The notes beneath the pieces were generated by a model, which searched no databases, was not told the origin of the DNA, and saw nothing but the letters and a program-made list of their open reading frames with translations. The translations under genes and the position numbers were made by a program. Positions 39,211 to 52,664 of a stretch of DNA of 64,000 bases are shown in pieces (position 1 is the stretch's first letter; each line of letters opens with the position of its first letter). The DNA lies in assembly GCF_006345805.1 (NCBI RefSeq), contig NC_043017.1, positions 6,138,001 to 6,202,000 on the forward strand. Reading direction: 5' to 3'. Origin of the DNA: Octopus sinensis. Taxonomy: Eukaryota.

Positions 39211-40242
39211 ACTAAAGGAATGTGTTCTTTCCCTTGTATTTTTAAACCACATTCGTATTGAGTGAGCAGCTGATTTCCACAACCGATCTTTCCTTATTAA
39301 CTGTTTCGTCGGGTTTTAACCTAGTAGCTGTTTTCATTTTTAAGTTCCATCCATATTCTGTTGACCCATTGGTCTCATTATGGTCAGCTTTGTCTGTAAG
39401 CATTTTCTTTTTTGCTATCCTCTTCCAGACTGTTTCTGGCCACCCCTTGTATGCATGTGTGTGTGCTTTGGCATATGAGTATCTCCTTGCTTCGACATAA
39501 CATGATTGCTGTAAATAAATGGCATTCATATTCAATATTCTGGGATATCCTGTCTGACCACAGGCAAGTATTACCTTGCTTGGAAAAGCAGGTAAGGTTT
39601 GGTGACAGGAAGGGCATCCTACCAAAGAAAATGCACCTCAATAAACTTCGTGACACATGCAGACAAAAAAAAAAGTGGACATTAAAATGATGATGATGAG
39701 GAGGAGGAGGATCCTGGGAAATTCAACTTTTTCTAAATGTTCTTATCTCTATTTTGCATAAATTTACATATCTTTATAACATTGATTTATTGTGTGAAAA
39801 ATTTCTATTATGGCTTTGATTGTGTTCCATAGTTATATTGGTGTTTTAAGCATAACTCTCAGACTTGCTTCATTAAGCTAACAACTTCTTTTATGTCTTT
39901 GATTTCTTTCCATAGTTAAGCTTATTAAAAGCATTAACATTTGATCTGGTTTCATTATGTTAAATATTCTCGTTGATGTGTGACTTACGAAGCTATGACT
40001 AGATGCAGAGTCAAAGTCAAAAGGCAGATTCAGTCATTGGTTGAATATAATAACCAGGAGAGGAAAACGAAGTTCTTATCTGTGTTAACGAGATCAAATA
40101 GAGAGAGAGAGGGTAACACAGGAATCTGTTCCTGTTGATGAGCAGGAAGAACATGGAGTTTTACTTATTGCTAAAGAAATAGTTAACGTAGAACAGAAAA
40201 AAGCACAAAAATAGGAAGATTCGTGTTATAAATATATATATA

Positions 40243-40648
40243 GGCGCAGGAGTGGCTGTGTGGTAAGTAGCTTGCCTACCAGCCACATGGTTCCGGGTTC
40301 AGTCCCACTGCGTGGCATCTTGGGCAAGTGTCTTCTGCTATAGCCCCGGGCCGACCAATGCCTTGTCAGTGGATTTGGTAGACGGAAACTGAAAGAAGCC
40401 TGTCGTATATATGTATATATATGTATATGTTTGTGTGTCTGTGTTTGTCCCTCTAGCATTGCTTGACAACCGATGCTGGTGTGTTTACGTCCCCGTCACT
40501 TAGCGGTTCGGCAAAAGAGACCGATAGAATAAGTACTGGGCTTATAAAGAATAAGTCCCGGGGTCGATTTGCTTGACTAAAGGCGGTGCTCCAGCATGGC
40601 TGCAGTCAAATGACTGAAACATGTAAAAGAGTAAAAGACTAAAAAGAG
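40243..40648 (+). mobile_element. SINE family A, full-length young copy
   Basis: Same head as 14124, intact CpGs, and a (gtaaaaga)n-like tail abutting the Tc1 element. Confidence 0.85.
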
Positions 40649-40654
40649 TATATA

Positions 40655-41912
40655 CAGGGGTTGGACAAAATAATGGAAACACCTTAAAATTTCAAACAAA
40701 TTTATTTTAATATAGGGTAGGACCACCTTTGGCTGTAATTACAGCTTCAATTCTATGAGGTATGGACTCATACAAAGTTTGAATTGTTTCCAAAGGAATT
40801 TTTGTCCATTTTTCTGCTAAAACAATCTCCAGTTCTTGTAGTGATGATGGTGGAGGATATCAACTCCTTACTTGTTTTTCTAAAATGCACCATAAATATT
40901 CAAAAATATTGAGATCTCAGGACTGTGGTGGCCAGATAAGATGTTCAACTTCACTAGAATGTTCCTCGTGCCATTCAGTAACAACTTTAGCTGTGTGAAT
41001 TGGTGCATTATCATCGTGAAAGATTGCATTTCCCTTCGGCAACAGTTCCGCAACCTTAGGATGAATTTGATCAGATAAAATACTCAAATAGTCTTCACTA
41101 TTAATTCTGCCAAGAAGGGAAACCATTGGGCCAGTGGATTTCCAAGATATAGCCTGCCAGATCATCACAGATCCTCCTCTGTGTTTAACAGTTGGAAGAA
41201 AGCAGTCTGGGTCAAATGCTTCTCTTGGCTGTCTCCATATATATAATTAGCTGGTGGTCAGAAATAGGGTAAAGGATGACTTGTTCAAGAAAATAACATT
41301 TTTCCACTGCTCTAGGGTTTTTACTCCACTCCAAATGCTTTGCAATGTTTGTTTTTGAAAGCAGTGATTTGCTGATTGCAGCCCTCCCATGAAATCTGGC
41401 TTTATGCAGCTCCTGGCAAACAGTTTTTGTGGAAACTGGGTTCTTGAGGTGGTCATTAAGCTCTGCAGTAATTTTGGGAGCTGTACTTTTGTGACCCTTT
41501 CTAACAATTCGTGTAAGAGTCCGATGCTCCCTATCTGAAAGTTTTGGTTTTCTTCTGGAGTTTTGTTTCAATGAGGAGGTTTTTCCCTCTTTCTCAAAAG
41601 GCTGTCATTACTTTTGAGACTGTACTTCTTAATACACCAAACATTTCGACTGTTTTTGTTACATTAGCACCTGCCATATGAAAATGAAGAATTTGACCTC
41701 TTTTAAAGTCTGATAGATCTGTCATTTTGATTAATTTTAATTACCTTTTTCTGATGATATCTGAAAAGAAACAGCAATTTTAGCAAAAGATAGCAATTTT
41801 AGCAACAGTAATAATAAATCACAAAAAAAAAAAAGTTTTTGATGGATTTATAGATATTTCAGAATTATGACGCTATGATGCTAGGTAATTCCATTATTTT
41901 GTCCAAACCCTG
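40655..41912 (-). mobile_element. Full-length but inactivated Tc1-family DNA transposon (1258 bp)
   Basis: Inverted repeats CAGGGGTTGGACAAAATAATGGAA (from 40655) and TTCCATTATTTTGTCCAAACCCTG (to 41912), with TA on both sides. The transposase relic is on the minus strand. Confidence 0.92.
40707..41725 (-). pseudogene. Tc1 transposase pseudogene (paired-type HTH plus DD34E-type domain)
   Basis: MTDLSDFKRGQI..., RKPKLSDREHRTLTRIVRK, MIWQAISWKSTGP, IFHDDNAPIHTAK, WPPQS*DLNIFE and YESIPHRIEAVITAKGGPTLY*. Frameshifts and an in-frame stop interrupt the frame. Confidence 0.9.
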
Positions 41913-41918
41913 TATATA

Positions 41919-42080
41919 GGTGCAGGAGTGGCTGTGTGGTAAGAAGCTTGTTTCCCAACCACATGGTTCTGGGTTCAGTCCCACTGTGTGGCACCTTGGG
42001 AAAGCGTCTTCTACTATAGCCTCAAGCTGACAAAAGCCTTATGAGTGAATCTGGTAGACAGAAACTGAAAGAAGCCTGTC
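41919..42080 (+). mobile_element. SINE family A, 5' half
   Basis: GGTGCAGGAGTGGCTGTGTGGTAAG...GAAACTGAAAGAAGCCTGTC. Confidence 0.8.
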
Positions 42081-42504
42081 ACACACACACACGTGCACAC
42101 ACATATATATATATTATCAATTGCACATACACAATGTATGTGCCTTGTTTATACACCATATTTGCTGTGGGATGGCACTTAGGGCAAACTCCCTAATAAT
42201 GCTGGGTGTTAAACCACCTGAGTGAAGGCACGTGGCTTAATGGTTAGGTTATTCGGCTTATGATCGTAAGATCATGAGCTCAATTTCCAGCAACGTGTTG
42301 TGTCCAGTCCATTCAGTTGACAAAAAGGAGTTTTACCTGTATTTCAAAGAGCGAAGTTGGTTATATCGACTCTGGTGCTCAACAGGTGCTTATTTTATCA
42401 GCTCCAAAAGGATGAAAGACATAATCGACTCCATGAAGTTTGAACTCAGAACCTGAAGATGGACAAAATACCACTAAGAATCTTGGCTAGCATGCTAATG
42501 ATTC

Positions 42505-43085
42505 TTTTCTACTCTAGGCACAAGGCCCGAAAGTTTTAGGGCGTGGGGGGATCAGTCAATTACATTGACCCCAGTATGCAACTAGTACTTAATTTATCGA
42601 CCCCGAAAGGATGAAAAGTAAAGTCGACCTCGGCAGAATTTCAACTCAGAACGCAGTGGCAGACGAAATACCTATTTCTTTACTACCCACAAGGGGCTAA
42701 ACACAGAGAGGACAAACAAGGACAGACAAACGGATTAAGTCGATTACATTGACCCCAGTGCGTAACTGGTACTTATTTAATCGACCTCGGAAGAATGAAA
42801 GGCAAAGTTGACCTCGGTGGAATTTGAACTCAGAATGCAGTGGCAGACGAAATACCTATTTCTTTACTACCCACAAGGGGCTAAACATAGAGAGGACAAA
42901 CAAGGACAGACAAACGGATTAAGTCGATTATATCGACCCCAGTGCGTAACTGGTACTTAATTTATCGACCCTGAATGGATGAAGGGCAAAGTCGACTTCT
43001 GCGGAATTTGAACTCAGAACGTAGCGGCAGACAAAATACCGATAAACATTTTGCTCGATGTCCTAACAGCTCTGCCAGCTTGCTG
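42505..43085 (-). mobile_element. SINE family B head-to-tail multimer (three cores, 184-bp period)
   Basis: CCTATTTCTTTACTACCCACAAGGGG starts at 42671 and at 42855. Confidence 0.85.
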
Positions 43086-43820
43086 TCTGAAAGGATGATC
43101 ACATCAACAGCGGTGAACACTAAGATATACAATGGTACAAAGTGAAGAGTAAAAGTATTGTAGACATTAGTATGGGGGTGGAGTTTGGTAGATACCTTGA
43201 CATAGAATAGTACGCGATGGGGGTTGTAATAGCAGCATAAGGCATAGCATAGCAAATACTAAGACATACAGTAGTATACAGCATTGTCTGGTAATGCTAT
43301 ATGCTACGATATGAGCTGTAGTAAGTCAACGCAGACATTGCACTAGAAGAATTTTGTAGAACATTATTTTACCATTCCACTGAGTGAATAAATCTGTAGA
43401 TTTTAAGTCGGTCTTTTATCTTCTGTGATACAAGAACATGCCAATGCAATATGTACATGTGTGTTTGTATGTGTCTCACTCTGCGTGTATATGTGTGTAT
43501 GTTTCGGTGTGTATGTATAATGGTTTGTGTGTACATGTATGTGCGTGCTATGCTTGTGTTTGCATTTGTTTGTGTTTCTGTGTGTGCCTATGTTTACGAG
43601 TGTACGTGCACATGTGTGTGTAGAGAAGTGTACATAAATGAATATATTTGTATGTGGATGGTGAACTGTGTCTAAACAAAATGTTCACGTGTGCACATGA
43701 CTAATGTATGTTTATACATATACTTATAAATATATGTATGCATGTGTATATATATATATGTATGTATGTGTGTATATATATACACACACATACATATATA
43801 CATATATATACATACATATA

Positions 43821-43868
<48 letters not shown>

Positions 43869-44316
43869 TTGTACATATATTTATAAATATATGTATGTAT
43901 GTATATATATGCGCTGTGTACATAAGTATCTGTAAATGTAAGAGTGCATGTGTAAATAGATAATTGAGTTTATGTGTGTATGTACTTACATATGTATGAG
44001 CATCTGTTTAAGCGTATGTGTGTGTATATATATATATATGTGTTTGTGTCAGTAATGTAACTATAGTCATGTATATGAATATGTGTCTGTAAGTGTGTGT
44101 TTGTCTATGCTTATATATGTGTGTGTCTAGAGGTAAGTACTTATAAGTAAATAGCATACGTGCACACATATATGAGTACATGTATGTGTGTGTGTGTGTG
44201 CATGCATATGTGTGTATGTCTATATGAGTGTTTGTGTGTGTGAACTGTATGCATATATGCAAATGTGTCTATAAGCATGTTTGCATACACTTATATACAT
44301 ATCATCATTCATCATA

Positions 44317-44368
<52 letters not shown>

Positions 44369-46289
44369 TCGTTCATCATGTATATATATGTGATATGTAT
44401 ATATATATATATATATGTATATATTTGCATAGATGTATGCACTTATATGTTTATTGTGCTCATGTGCACATATATGCACAAATGCATGCAAGCACACACA
44501 TTACAGGTGCATCATTCAACACAAAAACCTGCCCATTATTGACTTGCACAGATGAAAGAAGGAGAGACGACAACGGCGAAGAAGAGAAAGGAGGAGAAAG
44601 AGAGGAAAGCTAATGCAAATAAGCATTTTATGTGCATTAAGGCAGAATCTAGTGTAATGCTATATTAAACCAACAGATTTTGGTGTTGCAATACAAACAA
44701 GACAGGTGTTGTTGCAAGCAAAAAGAAGTGGAAGACAGGGAAATGACGAAAAAAAAAAGATAGTCAAAAAAAAAAATTACGAGAAATAAACAAAAAATAA
44801 TAACAAAAAATAAAATAAAATAAAATAGAATGACACATACAAAAATCCATCCAACATTTCACAAGGAAAAATAGCAACAAAAATATTTCTAAATTAGCTG
44901 TTATTACTTCCTAAAATCCATAAAAAAAACGCCTGAAATAAACTCAAATGTTGACAATAATAGGAGAATGGCAAAGAATAATTTCTAGTGAGTTTTTTTT
45001 TTCTATTTTTTTTTATTCTATTTTTTTTTTTTGCTGTTGGGTTTTTTTTTAAGGTTTTTTTTTGTACTTTGTGTTTTTTTCTTTCCACTTTTGGATTGAT
45101 AGAATGAAAGAATTATAGAACGGTGGTGGGGTGGGGTGGGGGAATAAAAAAAAAAGGTAAAAAAAAAATAAACAAATGAATGAATAGCTACTATTATTTG
45201 TTACTGAAATGTGATGCTGTTATTGATGACGATTACGATGATGATGATGATGATTATGAACGACGACAGTGATGATATTGATGATGATGATGATATTGAT
45301 GATGATGATGATATTGACGATGATGATGATGACAGAGACGAGATTGATGATGATTGTGCTGATGATGATGATGCGGATATTCTTGGTAGTAATAATGATG
45401 ATGACGATGATGAGGATGATGACGGTAATGGTGATGGTGGTAGTGGTGCTGGTGATGACAGAAACCTGATGATGATTTTCGAAGTGGTAATGATGATGGT
45501 GATGGTGGTAGTGGTGATAAAGACGACATTAGCAGAATGGCCGCCACACTGTCCAAAATACATCTGGAGTTCAAAGGATGCAATTATTAACAGAGGTCGA
45601 GACTGTGACATGCTGTGGTATGGGCCATTGTATGGTAGAGTTCTAGACAGAAGTATGGGATGTGGTGTGTGTGGTAGATACTACAACACAGTGTTATGTC
45701 ATCATGGTGATGATGACAGACATGAAAATGATGATGATGATGATAATGGTGGTGATGGTGTTGGTGATGATAGTGACAATAGGAATGGCGATGATGATCA
45801 TGATGATGGTCATGGAAGGGATGGTGGTGAGGACGGCGTCGCATTGCTATATTGGTATGAGGCTACAGATTTTGATCGAAAATGAAAGTCAATTAAGATC
45901 AATCTCCTAGCGTATGACTGGTATTTAATTTATTGACCTCAGAAGGATGAAAAGCAAGATTGAGATTGCTGGGATTTGAACTCAAAACATAAAGGGATGT
46001 AACTAAATACCACAACTGCATGTCAACTCAAACTTCTATCTTGAACAACAAGAAACACTAACCAAATTCATCCCTTAAATTATGCCCTACCATCTTAAGA
46101 AAGACATATTAGATGGGCTCAATCAAGACCCTTGGAAGCCCTAAGCACCTGAATGATTTTGGTGCCCCATATATACATAATTCAAAATATAAGAGATAAC
46201 AAGCCATAAAATAAATTCTATATGACACCTTTGGACCACTCAGGTGGAAACCCCCCAACCCATGGGTCTGTTTGGGTAGCCATTGCTGA

Positions 46290-46585
46290 TGATGTAAGCC
46301 TAGTACCTATTCTATCAGTCTCTTTTTGCCAAACTGCTAAGTTACGGGAATGTAAGGACACCAGCATCAGTTGTCAAGTGATGGGGGGGGGCAAGCACAG
46401 TCACACAAACATATACACACACATATACATATATATATGTATGATGGGCTTCTTTCAGTTTCTGTCAACCAATCCACTTACAAGGCTTTGGTTGGCCCAA
46501 GGCTATAGTAGAAGACACTTGCTCAAGGTGTCACACAGTGGGACTGAACCCAGAACCATGTGGTTGGGAAGCAAGCTTCTTACCA
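46290..46585 (-). mobile_element. SINE family A
   Basis: Reverse complement of the family-A head at about 46560-46585 (cttaccacacagccactcctgcacc). Confidence 0.75.
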
Positions 46586-49154
46586 CACAGCCACTCCTGC
46601 ACCTTTATTTTATTTTATCTTATTTTATTTATCCTTGAATGAAAAAAAATGGCAATACTGACTATAGCAGGATTTGAACTCAGAATGTAAGGAGTAGAGA
46701 CAAAGTGAAAAAACATTTTGTTCAGCACTGTAACGCTTCTGCCAATCTGGGAAGGTTATTAGTGTTGGACATACAAAATACATTTGTAGTTTATTTTAAC
46801 AACTTGTAAAGGAAGAAAGTCAATGTCAACTGCAACGGGGATTGAACCCACAATGTAAAGTGCGCAAAGGTACACATAGAACAAAACAGTTTGTCTACCA
46901 TTCTAATAATTATGCTTTTCTGCTGTTGTTACATAATTCACGTTTGTTTTATTATTTAATATATCGAAGTGTTAGGATATAGAGCTCCAGATAATTGAGT
47001 CTTCAGTATATACGGCTTTGACATTCAATCATTAACTATTCAATAGTTATTATACATACATACATATATATATATATATAAACAAGGCCTCTAAACAAAT
47101 ATTATAACGAATTTACTTAGTAATATAAGTGTAGTAATATCTGATATATCTCTAGACAGGACCACCATTAACAAAGTTGTTCATTTTTACAAGAATATCT
47201 TACAAAGATGTGGTTTATATGAGAAGATAAATTCATTATCGATACCCAAGTGACAGCAGAAATCTAACAAGCATGGAAAATAAAAATTTCTGTAGTTCAA
47301 CCTGTTGTTCAGTGAAAGTGTAATATCAAAATGTAGTTAGGAATTTCGCTGCGTTAATCAGAAAGTATATTCCCCCCAGGCATAATAAACACTACAGACT
47401 ATTCAATAACTGACAGTGTGACTCTATGGTTGTTCAATTTGCTAGAAATAGCATCCAAATCACCACTTATGTAATGTGTACTGTCTTAAAAATAAACGTT
47501 GGCATTGTAGATACATTATGCACTGAGAGAAAAGAAAGAAAGGATGAAGATTGCTGGGTTGTCTTTAATCATAAATCTGCTCCATCAGAACTGGCCTGGG
47601 GCTAAAAAAAAATCGCAACAAGAATTATTCAATAGAAATAATGTCAAACACAGCTACAGATGCACAGAGAACAATGTTAATATTATATTAGAAAAGAAAA
47701 CTAAAAACATGAAGTTGTTGTTGTGGCCGATGACAGTACTGCCTGATTGGCACCTGTGCAAATGACATGTGAAAAACACCATTCGAGCATGGTCGATGTC
47801 AGTGCCGGCTGACTGGCCCCCATGCCGGTGGCATGTAAAAAGCATTCACTACACTCATGGAGTGGTTGACTTTAGGAAGGGCATCCAGCAGTAGAAACAT
47901 TGCCAGATCAGATTGGAGCCTTGGTGCAGCCTTCTGGCTTGCCATCTCTTGATCAAACCATCCAACCTATTCCAACATAGAAAGAGGAGATTAAACGATG
48001 ATGATGATGATGGAATGATGATTGCTGGATTGTCTTCAGTCACAGGTTTGCTCAATCAGGACTCACCTCGGGCTAAAAAACCATAGCAACAATTACATAG
48101 CTGAATAAGAAACAGTATTAATAATATATTAGAAAAGAAGGCAGCCCCAGCATGGCCACAGCTTGTGAGCTGAAACGAGGTGAAAAAAAATCAGCTGGTA
48201 GAATCCCTTGGATGCTGAGCAAATTCTTTAGAAGCATTTTGTTTGCTTTTATGTTCTTTAGTACAAATTCTGTGGATGTCAACTTTGCCTTTCATCATTT
48301 CGGGATTGAAAAAATAAGTACCAGTTGAGTACTGGGGTCGATGTAATCGACTTACCCCCACCCCGTCCCCAAAATCCTGACCTTATACCAAAATTTGAAG
48401 CCATTATTGTCTTAAAGAAGTAGGCATGAGCTGTGAAAGTCTTGACCATGTTGGACAGAATGCTTAGTGGCATTTTTACCAATTCTGCTTTCTGAGTTCA
48501 AAGGGCACCAAGGTAGACTTCCCCTTTTGTATTTCTAAGGTCGATAACATAAATATCATTCAAGAACTGGGGTTCACATAATTTACTTTTCTCTCTCCCC
48601 TCAGAATTGCTTGCTTTGTGTCAAAATTAGAAAGAAATGTTATATCAGAAGAAAAAAAAAATCTCCAAAAAAGAAAAAAACAAGGAAAAAAAAACTGAAC
48701 CACTCAGGAAACAGAACATAATTTCAAAACTGTCAACTTAATGGTAAATTCTTCAGAATTCCTGTGCAAAAGTAATTGTTTACTGAACTAAAGTTGCATT
48801 CCTCAAGGGGAAGAGAAAACCTGAAAGAAATGAGATTGTAATAAGAGTGGGTTACTTCAAGATCTGTTTCTTTAACCCTAAGTCCACTTTCAGGTATGAA
48901 AGGGAAAAGAAACAGCATGGATTTATCAAGACACATACATACATACATACATATTTATATGTATGTATATATAAATATATATATGTATGCATGTGTATAT
49001 ACATATATATAGTTGTATGTATGTGTATATACATATATATATATGTATGTGTATATATATATATACATACACACACATATATATACATGTATATACACAC
49101 ACCTAAATATACATATATATGTACATACATATATGTACATATATATATATATAC

Positions 49155-49188
<34 letters not shown>

Positions 49189-49435
49189 TTATAAAATACA
49201 CACTCACACGCACACACACACCCACACACACACACATATATATGTATATATGAGGTGGGTGGTGACTAAAGCATATTGAATGATCAATCACCAAGAACAC
49301 TCTGTCCTTATATAACAAAATAAAATGGTGCCAATTCTGCACGTAAAAGATAATACAATATCAACCGATGCAGCATTTTCTATATTAAAAAACAACAAAT
49401 ACATACATACATGCATTATATATATGTATGTATAT

Positions 49436-49473
<38 letters not shown>

Positions 49474-49474
49474 C

Positions 49475-49509
<35 letters not shown>

Positions 49510-49603
49510 TATATATATACATATGTATATATATAATATACACACACACAATCACATAATATATATATAAATGTTATATATATTATATATATATACATAT
49601 GTG

Positions 49604-49637
<34 letters not shown>

Positions 49638-51257
49638 TATATATATATATGTATATATATATATATTATATATATATATATAGATATATATAAGTAATGA
49701 CAGAGTATGAAAATGACACTAGAAAAGTGAATCTTACCTGGTGAATTATTAGGAATGACATGAAATTGAACAGAGATATGGGATATACGCAACACCTACT
49801 CAATCGGAAATGGTAAATGTCATCACAGAATCTGCCATTGTTTTCTTAGAAAAGGGTTGGGTTCTGGGTTCTCTTCTTTGTTTTTATTGAAGTATTTTCA
49901 AGGAAAATTCCTGCTGGAAAAACACATGGTTAATTTAGATATTGCTGGCTACAGGTGTGGCTGTGTGGTTAAGAAGTTTGTTTTGCAATCAAATGGTTTT
50001 GGGTTTCAGTCCCACTCCATGGCACCTTCTAACATAGCCTTGGGCCAATCAATGCCTTGTAAGTGAATTTGGTTGATGGAAACTGTGTGTTATGTGTATG
50101 TATAGTTTTATCATGTGCGTGTGTGTATGGTTGTGTATGTATGTTTGTATTTTTATAAATATATATGTATAAATGTGTATGTGTGTGTATGTATATATGT
50201 ATAAAATGTATATATGCTTATATATATGTGTGTGTGTATGTGTGTGTGTGTATATTTATATGGTTTAAAATAATGGAGCTATTATGAAAACAAGCTACAC
50301 CCACACGCATATACCAAAACAAAAATTGAGACTGCCAGACTATGTCAATATATTGCAAATCTTAGAAAAACAGTTTTTACCCTTTTGGAAGAGAACTGAC
50401 GGATATTTCAATCTCATTCTTTTAGATTCGGAAATATTTTGTAGAAGGTAAAAACTGAGGAACAGAGAGCAGAGGGCATAGAATGAAGAATCAAAGGGAA
50501 GGGGGGGAGGGAGAGAGGGAGAGAAAGGAATAGAGGGAAAGGGGGAGGGAGGGAAGGAGGAGAGAGAGAGGGGGAAGGAGAGAGAAAGGGAGAGAGAGAG
50601 AGAGAGAGAGATAGAGAGGAGGGGAAGAGAGAAAGGGGGAGGGAGGGAGAGGTAGGGAGAGAGAGGAGGGGGAAGAGAGGAAGAGAGGAGGGAGAGGGAG
50701 AGAAGAAGAGAGAGAGGAAGAGAGAGATAAAGCATGCTACGCATTCTCTGATATCTTTCTTTTATTCTTTTACTTGTTTCAGTTCAGTCATTAGACTGTG
50801 GCCATGCTGGGGCACTGCCTTGAAGAATTTTTGGCTGACTGAATTGACCTCAATACTTACTTTTTTACCATTTAAGCCTGATACTTGTTCTGTTGGTCTC
50901 TTTTGCTGAACAGCTAAGTCATGGGGAGGTAAAAACACACCAACACCAGTTGTCAAGTGGTGGTCACACACACATACACACACTGGGTTGAGTCTCAAAT
51001 AATTTCTGATTTTGTTAAATAACTTTACTCATGAAAATATATATATATATATATATATAGACATAGACATAGACACCATGATAGATCGTTAGTCGCTACA
51101 CACATTTTTTTCTCTCCTTGTTTTTTCTGTGTACCTTTCTGTAGAAGAGCGTAGGCTCGAAACGTAAATCACTTTTTCTATTCCTGAGCGTTATACTAAT
51201 ACAACTGTTTGTTTTGTACACCACCTGTCTTCGTCTTTTTTTTTCGAAAACTCTCCC

Positions 51258-51290
<33 letters not shown>

Positions 51291-51572
51291 TTTGGTTGAA
51301 CAGTAACAAAAACAAAATAAATAGATAAATGGCATTAGAAATAAGCAGAATATTTTTGGTAAAAATAGTGAAATGAAACCAATCTCCATTCATGGAATTA
51401 TCAGTGCTGCATTCCAAATTCTGTGAACTTTACTGAATATGACAGGTGCCTGAAGCCAGCTGGAGAGTACAATGACAAAACTGTATGTGACCATGACAAC
51501 TAAAAAAAGGACACTGATCTAAGATGGTATAAAAAAGTCCACAGATTAGTTAAGAAGAAATAACTTATTTAC

Positions 51573-51660
51573 CTAAGTTTTAACATCATCCCCCTCAAAA
51601 TAGTCACCTTGCACAGAAATACATTGGTCTCAGTGCTTACCAATGCTTTTTACGAGGCAC
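51573..51660 (-). mobile_element. mariner transposase extreme C-terminal relic
   Basis: The minus strand reads DQCISVQGDYFEGDDVKT*, the same ending as the 23876-24071 relic. Confidence 0.65.
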
Positions 51661-51682
51661 CTGAACCATATATATCTATTTC

Positions 51683-51905
51683 TTTATTGCCCACAAGGGG
51701 CTAAACATAGAGGTGACAAACAAAGACAGACAAAGGGATTAAATTGATTACATTGACCCCAGTGTGTAGCTGGTACTTATTTAATTGACCCTGAAAGGAT
51801 GAAAGGCAAAGTCGACCTCGGCAGAAATTGAACTGAGAACGTAGCGGCAGACGAAATACCGCTAAGCCTTTCGCCTGGCATGCTAATGATTCTGCCAGCT
51901 TGCCT
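51683..51905 (-). mobile_element. SINE family B, full-length (others at 13793-13920 +, 32520-32722 +, 48270-48410 +)
   Basis: Complete reverse-complement copy from the tail tatttcttta..cccacaagggg to the head tctgccagcttgcc. Confidence 0.8.
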
Positions 51906-52274
51906 ATATATATATATATATATATCATCATCATCATTTAATGTCTGTTGTCCATGCTGGCATCTGTTGGACGGTTTAACTAGGGCTGGTAAGCTGGAAG
52001 GCTGTACCACACTCCAGTCTGATTTGGCATGGTTTCTGTGACTGGATGCCATCTCTAATGCCAACCACTTTGAGACTGTATTGGGTGCTTTTGCATGCCA
52101 TCAGCATGGGTACCAGTTGCATGGCACCAGTATCTGCTACGACTATGATTTCACTAGGCTTATGAACAGGTATGGCCATGTGGTTAAAGAGCTTGCTTCC
52201 CAACCATGTAGTCTTGGGTTCAGTTCCACCATGAGTAAGTGACTCCTATTGTAGCCCTGGGAGAACAAAAGCTA

Positions 52275-52385
52275 TGATATACCCTCCAGCCTGATGAAGG
52301 CTGGAGGGTATATCAGTTGAAACGTTGTGTTACCAACAAACAAGATGAGGACAAATATCTGTCAAATGTAAATAATGTAAATAAA
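52275..52385 (+). mobile_element. Penelope-like end fragment with an inverted duplication (3' part related to 20650-20720)
   Basis: CTGATGAAGGCTG...CAGTTGAAACGTT followed by caacaaacaagatgaggacaaatat...atgtaaataatgtaaataaag, which also occurs at about 20668-20720. Confidence 0.5.
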
Positions 52386-52423
52386 GTGTATGTATGTAAC
52401 TATTTGGACTTTAGGAATAGTTA

Positions 52424-52664
52424 CATTTGGCTGGAAAATATAGGAATTTTGTAGATGAGGCCAGAACGGTAATGGAGGAGTATTTTTCATCACAGACAAG
52501 TGAATTTTGGAAGAGGGGCCTTGCAAGTCTACCAGATAGATAGAAGAGCATTGTAGAAAATGAAGGAGAGTATATATTGGATTAAAAAATGAACTCTGTT
52601 TATCTTAAATTTGAAAAATAAAAGAGGTATAAAAAAACTGCATTATTTATGGGATGACCCAGTA
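52424..52664 (+). mobile_element. mariner 3' end (C-terminal coding relic plus terminal repeat ending at TA)
   Basis: HLAGKYRNFVDEARTVMEEYFSSQTSEFWKRGLASLPDR*KSIVENEGEYILD* (52424-52585), followed by ...CATTATTTATGGGATGACCCAG-TA. Confidence 0.75.

Noticed and set aside
42505-43085. Regularly spaced repeats as a possible CRISPR array (also 13267-13660 and 61160-61890)
   Set aside because: Whole units repeat with no unique spacers, there are no cas genes, and the context is eukaryotic.
49734-49800. Minus-strand CAG|GTAAG donor with a short open frame
   Set aside because: Weak acceptor, no recognisable peptide and no partner exons.
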